A stretch of 64,000 bases of DNA from an uncultured Oligoflexus sp. (GTDB taxonomy: Bacteria > Bdellovibrionota_B > Oligoflexia > Oligoflexales > Oligoflexaceae): positions 1 to 64,000 of the forward strand of contig CAXSGP010000006.1 in assembly GCA_964236955.1 (NCBI GenBank), read 5' to 3'. The notes beneath the pieces are model-generated. The model did no database searches and had not been told where the DNA came from. It saw only the letters and a list, made by a program, of their open reading frames with translations. Shown one piece after another: positions 29,987 to 39,308 of this stretch (positions within the stretch are counted from its first letter, which is position 1; every line of letters begins with the position of its first letter). The translations under genes were made by a program, and so were the position numbers.

Positions 29987-31708
29987 ATGCTGAGGCAATT
30001 TCAGGAAATAGCTGTAAACCAGCTCAAAATTGATGCCAAGGTCCTACAGGAGGCAGAGGCCTTTTCAAGACAAAAGGGCATCCTTTTGGTCCATGCTTTA
30101 ATCCGTTTAAAGCTTGGCGATCCTGCCAAGCTCCTAGCTGCCTGGGCGCATTGTTTTCATGTCCGTATTGCCGATCTTGATGCGATGGATATTCCATCGG
30201 AAATTATCAAACTCATCCCCGAGGCATTGGCCAAACAGGCCCGGGCTATCCCTATCGATCGCGTCGGCAACAACATCATCGTTGCCGTGGAAAACCCCCA
30301 CGACCTCAATACGGTCAATCTTCTCCAACTTAAGACCGGATTTTTGCTCAAGACGGTCTTATCCAGCGAAGAAAAAATCAATAACGCGCTTTCGCGATAT
30401 TATCCCACCTCTCAAATCATTGACGTCAACAAATTTGCCAAGAACACGGCAACACCCTCACGATCTCGTCCCGCTGAGCATCGCCTTATTATCGAGGAGG
30501 CTTCTCCCGGTGATGACGCACCGGCCCTCATTGATACCGTCATGCGAGCTTGTTTGAATATGGGCGCTTCCGATATTCATGTGGAGCCCTATGAGAGTTA
30601 TATGCGCATTCGTTTGCGAATCGACGGAGTCCTGCAGGAAATTGCCCGTCCCCCAGCCCATATGAAGGCGGCCGTGGCTTCACGCTTTAAGGTGATGGCC
30701 GGCCTTAAGATCGAAGAAAAGCGACTGCCTCAGGATGGCAACATCAATGCGACGATAGAAAATAAACCTATCGATTTTCGTATCAACACCTTGCCCACAG
30801 TTCATGGTGAAAAAATCGTGTTGCGTATATTGGATAAGTCCAGCCTGCAGGTCGATATGACGAAACTGGGCTTTGAGCAAAGCGACCTCAACCGCTTTAA
30901 AGACTCCATCCACAAACCCTACGGCATGGTGCTCGTTACCGGGCCTACCGGTTCCGGCAAAACGACAACACTTTACTCGGCGCTCGCTGACTTAAATCAG
31001 ATAACCGATAACATCATGACGGCCGAAGATCCTGTTGAATTCACTTTGGAAGGTGTGAATCAGGTGCACGTAAAGCCTGACATCGGGCTCACCTTTGCCG
31101 ACGCCCTTAAGGCCTTCTTACGCCAGGATCCTGATATCGTCATGGTCGGTGAGATTCGCGATCGCGAAACGGGCGAGATTGCCATCAAAGCGGCGCTGAC
31201 CGGTCACATGGTGCTTTCGACCCTTCACACCAACAGCGCCGCCGATACTATTGTCCGCCTGCAGAACATGGGACTCGAATCTTTTAATTTGATTTCGGCC
31301 CTGCAGTGCATCGTGGCTCAACGCCTGGCGCGGCGAATCTGCGTCAAATGCCGCGAACCGGATCCCTCACTCAAGCCCGATTATCTGGTCAGTCTGGGAA
31401 TCCCGCCCGATGTGGCCGCCCGATCCATTGTCTATAAAGGCCGCGGCTGCGATTTCTGCAACAAAAGTGGGTATAAAGGGCGAACGGCTATTCATGAGGT
31501 CATGGTAATCAACGATGACCTGCGCGAGGCCATCATGAAAGGGGCTCCAGCGATGACGCTTAAGAAAATCGCGATGAAAGGTGGGATGCGAACCTTGAGA
31601 CAGAATGCCTTGCTCAAATTACTAAAGGGTGAAACCGATGCCGTAGAAGTCGTCGCCAACACGGCATCAGACGAAGATTCGTCGTACGACGCAGGATCGG
31701 TGGCTTAA
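29987..31708 (+). CDS. pilB: Type IV pilus assembly ATPase
   Basis: ASDIHVEP, RLPQDG, GPTGSGKT, LRQDPD, TGHMVLSTLHTN and a tetracysteine Zn motif. Confidence 0.95.
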   Translation: MLRQFQEIAVNQLKIDAKVLQEAEAFSRQKGILLVHALIRLKLGDPAKLLAAWAHCFHVRIADLDAMDIPSEIIKLIPEALAKQARAIPIDRVGNNIIVAVENPHDLNTVNLLQLKTGFLLKTVLSSEEKINNALSRYYPTSQIIDVNKFAKNTATPSRSRPAEHRLIIEEASPGDDAPALIDTVMRACLNMGASDIHVEPYESYMRIRLRIDGVLQEIARPPAHMKAAVASRFKVMAGLKIEEKRLPQDGNINATIENKPIDFRINTLPTVHGEKIVLRILDKSSLQVDMTKLGFEQSDLNRFKDSIHKPYGMVLVTGPTGSGKTTTLYSALADLNQITDNIMTAEDPVEFTLEGVNQVHVKPDIGLTFADALKAFLRQDPDIVMVGEIRDRETGEIAIKAALTGHMVLSTLHTNSAADTIVRLQNMGLESFNLISALQCIVAQRLARRICVKCREPDPSLKPDYLVSLGIPPDVAARSIVYKGRGCDFCNKSGYKGRTAIHEVMVINDDLREAIMKGAPAMTLKKIAMKGGMRTLRQNALLKLLKGETDAVEVVANTASDEDSSYDAGSVA

Positions 31709-31709
31709 T

Positions 31710-32801
31710 ATGGACTATTCCATGCCGCAGCTGCTCAAAGCTCTCGTTCAACAGGGAGGCAGTGACCTTCATATTGCAGCGGGTTCGCCACCTCGTATCC
31801 GTGTCGATGGACAAATCGTTCCGCTCAATCTGCCGCCCATGCCGGCGCAAAAAACTTTGGATCTCTGCTATAGCGTTCTAACCGAAGCGCAAAAAAAACA
31901 ATTCGAACAAAAAAAGGAGCTGGATCTCTCCTTCTCAATTCCAAGTATCTCCCGGTTTCGTGCCAATATCTACTTTCAACAGGGCAACGTCTCCGGTGCC
32001 TTTCGAGTGATCTCGCACCGCATCCTGACCCTCGATGAACTCGGGAGTCCACCTATCCTTAAAAAACTCTGCACCTTGCCCCGCGGCTTGGTCCTGGTTA
32101 CCGGCCCGACCGGCTCGGGCAAATCAACAACGCTGGCCGGCATGATAAATCAAGTCAACGAATCCCGCTACGACCATATCGTGACGATAGAAGATCCTAT
32201 CGAATACGTGCACACCCATAAAAACTGCGTCGTCAACCAACGCGAGCTGGGCGAAGACACCTCGACCTTCACGGCGGCACTCAAGTCCGTTCTACGTCAA
32301 GATCCTGACGTCATTCTCATCGGTGAAATGCGGGATCCTGAGACGATTTCCGCAGCCCTCACCATTGCCGAAACGGGTCACTTGGTGTTTGGCACGCTGC
32401 ATACGAACGGGGCGATTTCAAGCATCAACCGTATCGTCGATTCGTTTCCTCCCCATCAGCAGTCGCAGGTTCGTACTCAGCTGGCTATGAGCCTTGAGGC
32501 CGTGCTCTCGCAAACTCTTTTGCCCCGGGTGGAAGGAGGGCGCGTGATGGTGATGGAGATCCTCATCATGAACAGCGCAGTAAAAGCCCTGATCCAGGAG
32601 GGAAAAGTCCAGCAAATCTATTCGACCATGCAAATGGGGCAATCCGGGACGGGCATGCAGACCATGAATCAAGCGCTTTACAATCTGGTCCAAAGGCGAA
32701 CCATTGCCAAGGATCTCGCCATTCAAAAAAGCCCAAATCCCGACGAACTGCTGGAAATGTTCATTGACAACAAAGCCAAAGGCCCAAGCAAAGGCCGATA
32801 G
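31710..32801 (+). CDS. pilT: Type IV pilus retraction ATPase
   Basis: GSDLHI, GPTGSGKST, TIEDPIE, LRQDPD, ETGHLVFGTLHT and GMQTM motifs. Confidence 0.95.
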   Translation: MDYSMPQLLKALVQQGGSDLHIAAGSPPRIRVDGQIVPLNLPPMPAQKTLDLCYSVLTEAQKKQFEQKKELDLSFSIPSISRFRANIYFQQGNVSGAFRVISHRILTLDELGSPPILKKLCTLPRGLVLVTGPTGSGKSTTLAGMINQVNESRYDHIVTIEDPIEYVHTHKNCVVNQRELGEDTSTFTAALKSVLRQDPDVILIGEMRDPETISAALTIAETGHLVFGTLHTNGAISSINRIVDSFPPHQQSQVRTQLAMSLEAVLSQTLLPRVEGGRVMVMEILIMNSAVKALIQEGKVQQIYSTMQMGQSGTGMQTMNQALYNLVQRRTIAKDLAIQKSPNPDELLEMFIDNKAKGPSKGR

Positions 32802-32809
32802 GATGACGA

Positions 32810-34075
32810 ATGCCGAATTATCAATACCGCGCTAAAAATCGGGCCGGAAAAATCATCAATGGTGAAGTCAGTTCCGTCGATAAGAATGGGGCCAAGGTCG
32901 CGCTCGCCAACAAGGGCCTAAAGATCATGCGCCTGGTAACTCAGGAGGCGTCGAACAGCGGCAGCTCGAATTCCAACTTTCTTTCGCGTATCTTTGCCAA
33001 GGACAAACAAGGGAAAATGCAGATTCGTCTGGGCTCGCAGTTGCCGACGACCAAGGAATTGGCGCTCTTCACCAAACAGTTTTCCCTGATGATTGAAAAC
33101 GGGATCCCCATGCTGCAATCGCTGCAGATGCTGGCCGATCAGCAGCGTAAGATGGATTTTGCCGAGATAATTGGCAAGGTCAACCGCTCAATTGAAAGCG
33201 GCTCGACGCTCACCGATGCGCTCGAGCAGTACCCCTTAGTCTTTGACCAGCTCTTCGTAGCCATGACGCGGGCCGGCGAAGCCTCGGGTCGTCTCGATGT
33301 TATTTTAAAGCAGCTGGTGACCTACATTGAAAAAGCCGCCAAACTCAAAGCCCAGGTAAAATCGGCAATGGCGTATCCCGTCATCATTGTCTGTGTGGCC
33401 GTCGGAGTTGTGACACTTCTTCTCGTTTTCGTTGTGCCAACCTTTGCCAAACAGTTCACTGACAGTGGCCAGGAGCTCCCTGGAATCACCGCCATGGTCA
33501 TCGATATGTCGAATCTTCTGGTCAACCGCTGGATGGAGATTATCGGGGGCTTGTTTGCAGCATTCTTTGCCGTAAAATGGTGGGCTAAAACCCCGGTCGG
33601 CAAGTCCCAGATCGACACTTACATTCTCAAGGCACCCATCCTGGGCGACGTCATGACCAAGATCGCGGTAGGGCGCTTCTGCTCGACGATGTCGACGATG
33701 ATGAGTTCGGGCGTTGCTATTCTTGAAGCCCTGAATATCTGCGCAGCCTCATCAGGCAACACGCGAATTGAAGAGTTTGTTCTCAACGTCCGCGATGAAA
33801 TATCGAAGGGCTCCACCTTCTCCGACCCCTTGGGCAATGGCACACTTTTCCCCAAGATGGTGATTTCCATGGTCGCGGTTGGCGAGTCGACGGGTACCCT
33901 GGATGAAACACTTAAAAAAGTCACCGATATCTATGATGAAGAAGTCGACAATGCAATCGCCGCGATGATGTCCATGATTGAACCGCTTATGATCGTCGTG
34001 ATCGGTGGCATCGTCGGCTTTATCGTGATCGCCATGTACCTGCCGATCTTCTCGCTCGCGGGAACCTTGGGCTAA
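32810..34075 (+). CDS. pilC: Type IV pilus platform protein
   Basis: T2SSF repeats: GEASGRLD, AMAYP, GESTGTLD, IEP and AMYLPIF. Confidence 0.95.
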   Translation: MPNYQYRAKNRAGKIINGEVSSVDKNGAKVALANKGLKIMRLVTQEASNSGSSNSNFLSRIFAKDKQGKMQIRLGSQLPTTKELALFTKQFSLMIENGIPMLQSLQMLADQQRKMDFAEIIGKVNRSIESGSTLTDALEQYPLVFDQLFVAMTRAGEASGRLDVILKQLVTYIEKAAKLKAQVKSAMAYPVIIVCVAVGVVTLLLVFVVPTFAKQFTDSGQELPGITAMVIDMSNLLVNRWMEIIGGLFAAFFAVKWWAKTPVGKSQIDTYILKAPILGDVMTKIAVGRFCSTMSTMMSSGVAILEALNICAASSGNTRIEEFVLNVRDEISKGSTFSDPLGNGTLFPKMVISMVAVGESTGTLDETLKKVTDIYDEEVDNAIAAMMSMIEPLMIVVIGGIVGFIVIAMYLPIFSLAGTLG

Positions 34076-34302
34076 GTGATCTTTTTGGTCCATTTATTCA
34101 TACATTCCGGACAGCTGTAGTGATAGCTGTCACCTTTTACACTGCTGACTTCAGGCCCTTGATGCTGGCATCGGGGGCATGGCTCTTGGCGGTGATTGTA
34201 GGGACAAAGGGAATTGCGGCAGCGCCAGTTGTCGGCGGCGCCTTCCTTCATCGGGCCCTGACAGCTTGGGCAACGATCTCTCGTTCTTCGTTCTTGATCC
34301 AT
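34072..34302 (-). CDS. Small double zinc-ribbon protein (76 aa)
   Basis: CPSC..CRNSLC..CPRC..CPEC (8 Cys). ATG at 34302, 14 nt after the DedA stop. Confidence 0.7.
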   Translation of the reverse strand: MDQERRTRDRCPSCQGPMKEGAADNWRCRNSLCPYNHRQEPCPRCQHQGPEVSSVKGDSYHYSCPECMNKWTKKIT

Positions 34303-34316
34303 AAGGGGGCGACTTC

Positions 34317-35012
34317 CTAATTGAGAGGGGCAGACCGTGACTTCCACAATTGTAGCAGCTTCCTCGACACGACCGGAAGCAGTCCCAGCAGGGCAAAGGC
34401 AATCCAAAGCCGTGGCGACATCACGTCGCGGGCACTTTCAATCTCATTGACTTGGGTACCGGCATAGACGTAGACGATCGTTCCCGGCAGCATTCCAAGC
34501 TGACTCACCCCGACAAAGGTTGCGAGGGGAATCGGGGTCAAACCCATAAGCAGATTGACAAGGAAAAAAGGAAAAACGGGAATCACCCGCAGACTAAAGA
34601 GGTAAAAGCCGCCCTCATTTTTGAAGCCTCTATTGATGAGATTAAGCTTTTCCCCATATCTTTGCTGCAGCCGCTTGCGAAAAAGGTAACGGGCGCTCAA
34701 AAATGCCAGAGTAGCCCCGCAGGTACTGGCAATCGATGCAAGGACCACGGCCAATCCGACTCCAAAGACAGCGCCTCCGGCCAGGGTAAAAACAGTGGCT
34801 CCTGGAAACGACAGGGCCGCGATCAAAATGTAGGCGAGCGTATAGGTCGCCGCAAAGAGGATTTGATTTTGCTCGTACCAGGCAAGGAGCTGATCTCGAT
34901 GCGCCTGCAGAACCTCCAAGGTAACAAAACGATGAAGGCCGGCGAGAAAAAAAACGATGACGAGCATCAGGGCGCCGACCAGCAGCAGGGGCTTATAAAA
35001 CTTATGGGGCAT
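34317..35012 (-). CDS. TVP38/TMEM64 (DedA/VTT) family membrane protein
   Basis: FPGATVFTLAGG..FG, LRVIPVFPF and GMLPGT motifs. Confidence 0.92.
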   Translation of the reverse strand: MPHKFYKPLLLVGALMLVIVFFLAGLHRFVTLEVLQAHRDQLLAWYEQNQILFAATYTLAYILIAALSFPGATVFTLAGGAVFGVGLAVVLASIASTCGATLAFLSARYLFRKRLQQRYGEKLNLINRGFKNEGGFYLFSLRVIPVFPFFLVNLLMGLTPIPLATFVGVSQLGMLPGTIVYVYAGTQVNEIESARDVMSPRLWIAFALLGLLPVVSRKLLQLWKSRSAPLN

Positions 35013-35030
35013 GGGCCTTCCTCGGCTTCG

Positions 35031-35891
35031 CTAGACAAACACGCCGTCATTGGCGGTCGCAGCTTGCATGTGATACCAGAGAGGAATGATCTGTCTCAAA
35101 AGTACCGAGGCCTGCTCGACCGAAAGCTGTGTGGCGGCATCACTCTTCGCTTTATTGGGATTGGAATGAACCTCGAGAAAAAACCCATCGAGATAACCGG
35201 TCGCGGCTGCAGCCCGGGCTAAAACGGGCGCAAAGTTTCTCAGCCCCCCCGAAATCTCCCCGCCGCTCCCACCGGCCGCCGGCAGCTGGAGACTGTGGGT
35301 GATGTCAAAAATTACGGGCGCTCCCAGATCACTCATCACCTTAAGGCCGCGCATGTCTACAATCAAATTACCATAGCCAAAGGTCACACCTCGCTCCGTC
35401 AGGGCAAAGTTTGGCTTAAGACCCTTCTCTTCGGCAGCCGCAACCATTTTACTGATGATATGTTGGGCATTTTCCGGTGCTAAAAATTGGCCTTTTTTGA
35501 CATTTACGGCGCGGCCGGTTTGCGCTGCAGCTACCAAAAGATCAGTTTGACGGCATAAAAATGCTGGAATTTGCAGGACATCGATCACTTCCGCCGCTTC
35601 CGCAATCTGCACCGTCTCGTGCACATCCGTCAAAACCGGCAGGTCTTTATATTTCGATTTTATAGTATGGAACCACTTGAGCGTTTGGGTCAGACCGGGG
35701 CCTCGATAGCTGCCAATCGAGGTCCGATTGGCCTTATCAAAGCTTGCCTTAAAGATAAGATCGAATTTTAATTCCTGGCTCAAGGCGTAAAGGGGAGCCA
35801 CAACTTCTTCTAAAAGTTCCAGCGACTCGGCCATACACGGACCGGCAATCAGTGTGGGTCGGCTCGGCTTGCGGGAAAATGAAAAGGCCAT
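35031..35891 (-). CDS. kdsA: KDO8P synthase
   Basis: IAGPC, KASFDKANRTS, QIPAFLCRQT and KKGQF motifs. Confidence 0.97.
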   Translation of the reverse strand: MAFSFSRKPSRPTLIAGPCMAESLELLEEVVAPLYALSQELKFDLIFKASFDKANRTSIGSYRGPGLTQTLKWFHTIKSKYKDLPVLTDVHETVQIAEAAEVIDVLQIPAFLCRQTDLLVAAAQTGRAVNVKKGQFLAPENAQHIISKMVAAAEEKGLKPNFALTERGVTFGYGNLIVDMRGLKVMSDLGAPVIFDITHSLQLPAAGGSGGEISGGLRNFAPVLARAAAATGYLDGFFLEVHSNPNKAKSDAATQLSVEQASVLLRQIIPLWYHMQAATANDGVFV

Positions 35892-36089
35892 ATGCCTCAC
35901 TCCTCTCTTAAATTATGCGGGCAGAACGAATATTTTCACAATCGACTAGGTCTCTCGACCTGATATTTGATAGCCTAGAAAGGTTGGCTTGAGCTAGTCA
36001 AAGACTTTCGTCAGATTAAAATCCTGACCAAGAAAGTATTGACAACAAGGCCTGCCTGCTTTAATTACTAAGCTCCCTTTCGGGAAAGT

Positions 36090-36165
36090 GGCTTCTTAGC
36101 TCAGTCGGTAGAGCAGTGGATTGAAAATCCACGTGTCCCCAGTTCGATTCTGGGAGAAGCCACCA
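36090..36165 (+). tRNA. tRNA-Phe (GAA)
   Basis: GGCTTCT/AGAAGCC acceptor stem, GTGGA-TTGAAAA-TCCAC anticodon arm, GTTCGATT and CCA; TTGACA at 36039. Confidence 0.97.
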
Positions 36166-36186
36166 TAAGTTTCTATCGGTGGTGGC

Positions 36187-36543
36187 ATGGATATTTTTCT
36201 CACAACCGTACATACGCTGGCTGCCCTCTTTTTAATCTTCGTGATTATTATTCAGGGCGGTAATTCGGGTGGTGTTGGCGCTGCTTTTGGTGGTGGTAAC
36301 TCAACAGGTCTTTTTGGAGCCTCGGGAGCTACTTCGTTCTTAGGTAAAGTCACATACGGAATGGCAGCAGTTTTTATGATCTCAAGCATCACGCTCTCAG
36401 TTCGGACCGGAACCTCTGGTAAAACAGGTTTGACGAAACGACTTGAGCAACAGGCTGGAGCAGTAAAAACAGATTCAGCAAAACCTGCTGAACCGACTCC
36501 CGCAGCTCCTGTTGGAACGACTCCCGTGCCCGTAGGGCAATAA
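36187..36543 (+). CDS. secG: Preprotein translocase subunit SecG
   Basis: IIIQ...GAAFGGG..LFG...FLGKVT, followed by tRNA-Leu(GAG) as in many bacteria. Confidence 0.95.
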   Translation: MDIFLTTVHTLAALFLIFVIIIQGGNSGGVGAAFGGGNSTGLFGASGATSFLGKVTYGMAAVFMISSITLSVRTGTSGKTGLTKRLEQQAGAVKTDSAKPAEPTPAAPVGTTPVPVGQ

Positions 36544-36556
36544 GTCTGCTTTGTTT

Positions 36557-36641
36557 GCTCAGGTGGTGGAATTGGTAGACACGCATGTTTGAGGGGCATG
36601 TGCCGTAAGGTGTGCGGGTTCGAGTCCCGCCCTGAGCACCA
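36557..36641 (+). tRNA. tRNA-Leu (GAG)
   Basis: GCTCAGG/CCTGAGC acceptor stem, CATGT-TTGAGGG-GCATG anticodon arm, long variable arm, GGTTCGAGT and CCA. Confidence 0.97.
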
Positions 36642-36657
36642 TACTACAAAACTCTCG

Positions 36658-36695
36658 AAACCCAGACGGCTCATGGCTTTCTGGGTTTTTCTTTT
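36658..36695 (+). terminator. Intrinsic terminator after tRNA-Leu
   Basis: AAACCCAGA...TCTGGGTTT stem followed by a T-rich tail. Confidence 0.7.
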
Positions 36696-36834
36696 GCCCC
36701 CGGATCTCCTTGCCGAAGGCACAACAAAGGCACAAACCCTTTCGGACCAAGATGCAAAAGGTCAATCTAACTCGTAATGGCGGATATATTACAGGGTGGC
36801 TCAATACGAGGTACTTCACAAAGGAAAATCGGTC

Positions 36835-37404
36835 ATGATCCCTAATTTAAGGCATGTGCCACCAAAGCGTTTATTTAAATGGCTCAAAGAAAAAGGGGCA
36901 GATAAAGCCGAATTTCAAGATCGGTCAGCACTTGAGCATTACACCGGTACATACTCAGTATTAAAAGATTGGAATAACACTGAAGACATCTGCAATGCGG
37001 GTCTTTTTCACGGAATTTACATGGATGCTTATTTTAAGGGACATGATGCGACTCAAGATTATCGAGCGGCTATTCGTTCATTAATCGGAGAAAAATCAGA
37101 AGCTTTAGCGTACCTGCATTGTGCGATCAATCGAAGGAAGTTCATCCAGGAGTTGAAAGATGACGTGCCATCCGAAGTGTTCGACAACTATCTCCAAACG
37201 AGCCATCAGATAAATCATTCTGAAATCAAAGCATTATCTGAAATGATATGGGCTAACGCCTTTGAACAATTCTATGTTTTTGGAGTTTATCCAGAGGAAA
37301 GAGAGCTGCATTTCAAAATCTTAAACGACTCAATGAAATGGGTTAGTGAAGGTGCTAAAGCAGCATTCGATAGAAAACTTTCGGAATGGTTCAAGTCAGG
37401 CTGA
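36835..37404 (+). CDS. DUF6817-like (HD-related) protein, AT-rich
   Basis: LEHY.GTY.VL..W...DIC.AGLFHGIY and IRSLIGEKSEAL pattern. Alternative GTG start at 36796. Confidence 0.75.
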   Translation: MIPNLRHVPPKRLFKWLKEKGADKAEFQDRSALEHYTGTYSVLKDWNNTEDICNAGLFHGIYMDAYFKGHDATQDYRAAIRSLIGEKSEALAYLHCAINRRKFIQELKDDVPSEVFDNYLQTSHQINHSEIKALSEMIWANAFEQFYVFGVYPEERELHFKILNDSMKWVSEGAKAAFDRKLSEWFKSG

Positions 37405-38457
37405 TCATTCACAGCGCTTCCGATTGCGCCTATGGATCTGCTCAATGGTCTCGTGCAACACCCTTTCATCCTCGGCCCCAACCGAGGCTATCGCCTCTTC
37501 CAACCGCGGATCCTGCATCTCGCATAAAGCAATAAGAGCATTCCGCCGTAAGCCCGAGCGTTTCGCCCGTGTGGCGGGAGTTCCCCCAAAAAAGGCCACA
37601 TAATAGGCTTGGCTCATACAGGCAATAGCAAAGGGATCGACTTGAGCTGCCTTTAAAATCACCTCCTCTTTGGAAACGACCTGGCTGCGATTGTAAGGGC
37701 AGGCCAGCTGGCAGAGGTCACAGCCAAAAAGATAGGTCTTCACCCAAGGCCAAAATTCTTCAGGAATAGTTCCGCGATGCTCGATCGTCCAATAGGATAA
37801 ACATTTGCGGGCATCGAGTCGAAAGGCTTCGTCCAAGGCGCCAGTGGGACAATAAACCTGGCAGCGCTTGCAGGATCCACAGCCACCAGCTTCTGTCCGG
37901 AACGCAGGGTCAAGCGGCGGCTTAACATCAGCCGCCATGATTTCCTGGTCAAGCAAAATTTCCGAAAGTAAAAACATACTGCCTTTTTCAGGATGAATGT
38001 AGCAGGTGTTCTTGCCGATAAAGCCTTTGCTGGTTCGATTGGCGAGTGCGCGTTCAAGCAGCGGCGCACTATCCACCAGAACCCGGCTGTTCAGATCGGG
38101 AAAGCGTCCTTTCAGCTCAGCGACTATCGCTTCTCCACGCCTTCGCAGACTCTTATGATAATCCTTGAGCCGCGCATACTGAGCAATACGCGCCGTACCC
38201 TGGAGAGCCTCGCTTAATCTGTCGCCCTGATAATAATTGAGACCAAAGATCAGAGCCTGTTTAGCGCCCTCCAAAAGTCCCGTCGGGTTTTCCCGCAAAG
38301 GCAGATTTTTTTCTAAAAATCCCATCTCGGCGTGAAAGCCTTTGTCCAACCATTCCTTAAACAGGGTAAAGGTTGGCTCCGGCCCCAGATTGACCAGCCC
38401 TAAAAATTCAAGATTGTGCTGTTGAAACAGCCCGGCCAGCTCATCCTGTAATAACAG
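37405..38457 (-). CDS. queG: tRNA epoxyqueuosine(34) reductase (probable CTG start)
   Basis: IAQYA..DYH, VDSAPLLER, GFIGKN, CGSCKRCQVYCP and FGCDLCQLACP motifs. The frame extends upstream to a CTG at 38457 preceded by AGGAG. Confidence 0.93.
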   Translation of the reverse strand: MLLQDELAGLFQQHNLEFLGLVNLGPEPTFTLFKEWLDKGFHAEMGFLEKNLPLRENPTGLLEGAKQALIFGLNYYQGDRLSEALQGTARIAQYARLKDYHKSLRRRGEAIVAELKGRFPDLNSRVLVDSAPLLERALANRTSKGFIGKNTCYIHPEKGSMFLLSEILLDQEIMAADVKPPLDPAFRTEAGGCGSCKRCQVYCPTGALDEAFRLDARKCLSYWTIEHRGTIPEEFWPWVKTYLFGCDLCQLACPYNRSQVVSKEEVILKAAQVDPFAIACMSQAYYVAFFGGTPATRAKRSGLRRNALIALCEMQDPRLEEAIASVGAEDERVLHETIEQIHRRNRKRCE

Positions 38458-38468
38458 AGGGACTCCTG

Positions 38469-39308
38469 CTACTTTTTTCGCTCAAGTGCCGTCTTCATAT
38501 CAGAAAAACTCGCAGACTGCCCCCACCAAAGCGACTGCGAAAGCAAGGCCTGGTGAATCAGCATGGCAATCCCGTCTTGACATGGTATACGCCGCAGTTC
38601 TGCCTCTTTAAGGAGGGCCGAGGGTGTGCCATAGACCAAATCAACAAAAGCGCCTTTGAGAAAAGCCAGCGAGGGGACAAAGCGTTCCAAAGCATCACCC
38701 CGCAGTGGTGAGCTAGTGCCTTGAATCAAAAGGGAATTTGGATAGGCCCTGAGAATTTTATCCAATTGCTCGGGCTCAAAATCAACAAATTGAATGGCAA
38801 GCTCGCGGCTTTCGTCAGGCTGAGGGGTCCGTCGCAGCACATAGACGGGTAGCCCGGGTTTCTCACTTTGCACCTTGGCCAGCAAGGCTTTGCTTGCCCC
38901 GCCGTAGCCCATAAAAATAACAGCGGTAAAATCGCCAAGCGTCCGCTCGATTTCGCCAAGCCCGGCACAAAAGCCTGCCGCATCGGTACTCGATACCTCC
39001 CAATGGCTGAGCCTTGAAACCAAAGTATTGGCTGTCGTTAAGGGATTCGATTCGTTTTGATTCAGAAGTTTGGCAACCGTCTCCTTATAGGGAAGGGTGA
39101 CGTTGAAACCGAAGCAATTGGCCGTGAGCATGAGATCGAAGAACGCTCGCCCATGAGCCTCGGCAAAATCAAAAGCATGATAGACGATGTCGAATCCGAG
39201 CAGAGCCGCTGACCTATTGTGAATGAAGGGAGAGAGGGAGTGCGAAAGTCCGCGCCCAATTAGGCCTCCAAATCGAGTTGAACCCGTTATCCTGAACTTG
39301 GTTTCCAC
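38469..39308 (-). CDS. aroE: Shikimate dehydrogenase
   Basis: SHSLSP, GFNVTLPYKE, ANTL, STD, GYGGA, DLVY and DGIAMLIHQA motifs. GTG at 39308 follows GAGGAG. Confidence 0.88.
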   Translation of the reverse strand: METKFRITGSTRFGGLIGRGLSHSLSPFIHNRSAALLGFDIVYHAFDFAEAHGRAFFDLMLTANCFGFNVTLPYKETVAKLLNQNESNPLTTANTLVSRLSHWEVSSTDAAGFCAGLGEIERTLGDFTAVIFMGYGGASKALLAKVQSEKPGLPVYVLRRTPQPDESRELAIQFVDFEPEQLDKILRAYPNSLLIQGTSSPLRGDALERFVPSLAFLKGAFVDLVYGTPSALLKEAELRRIPCQDGIAMLIHQALLSQSLWWGQSASFSDMKTALERKK

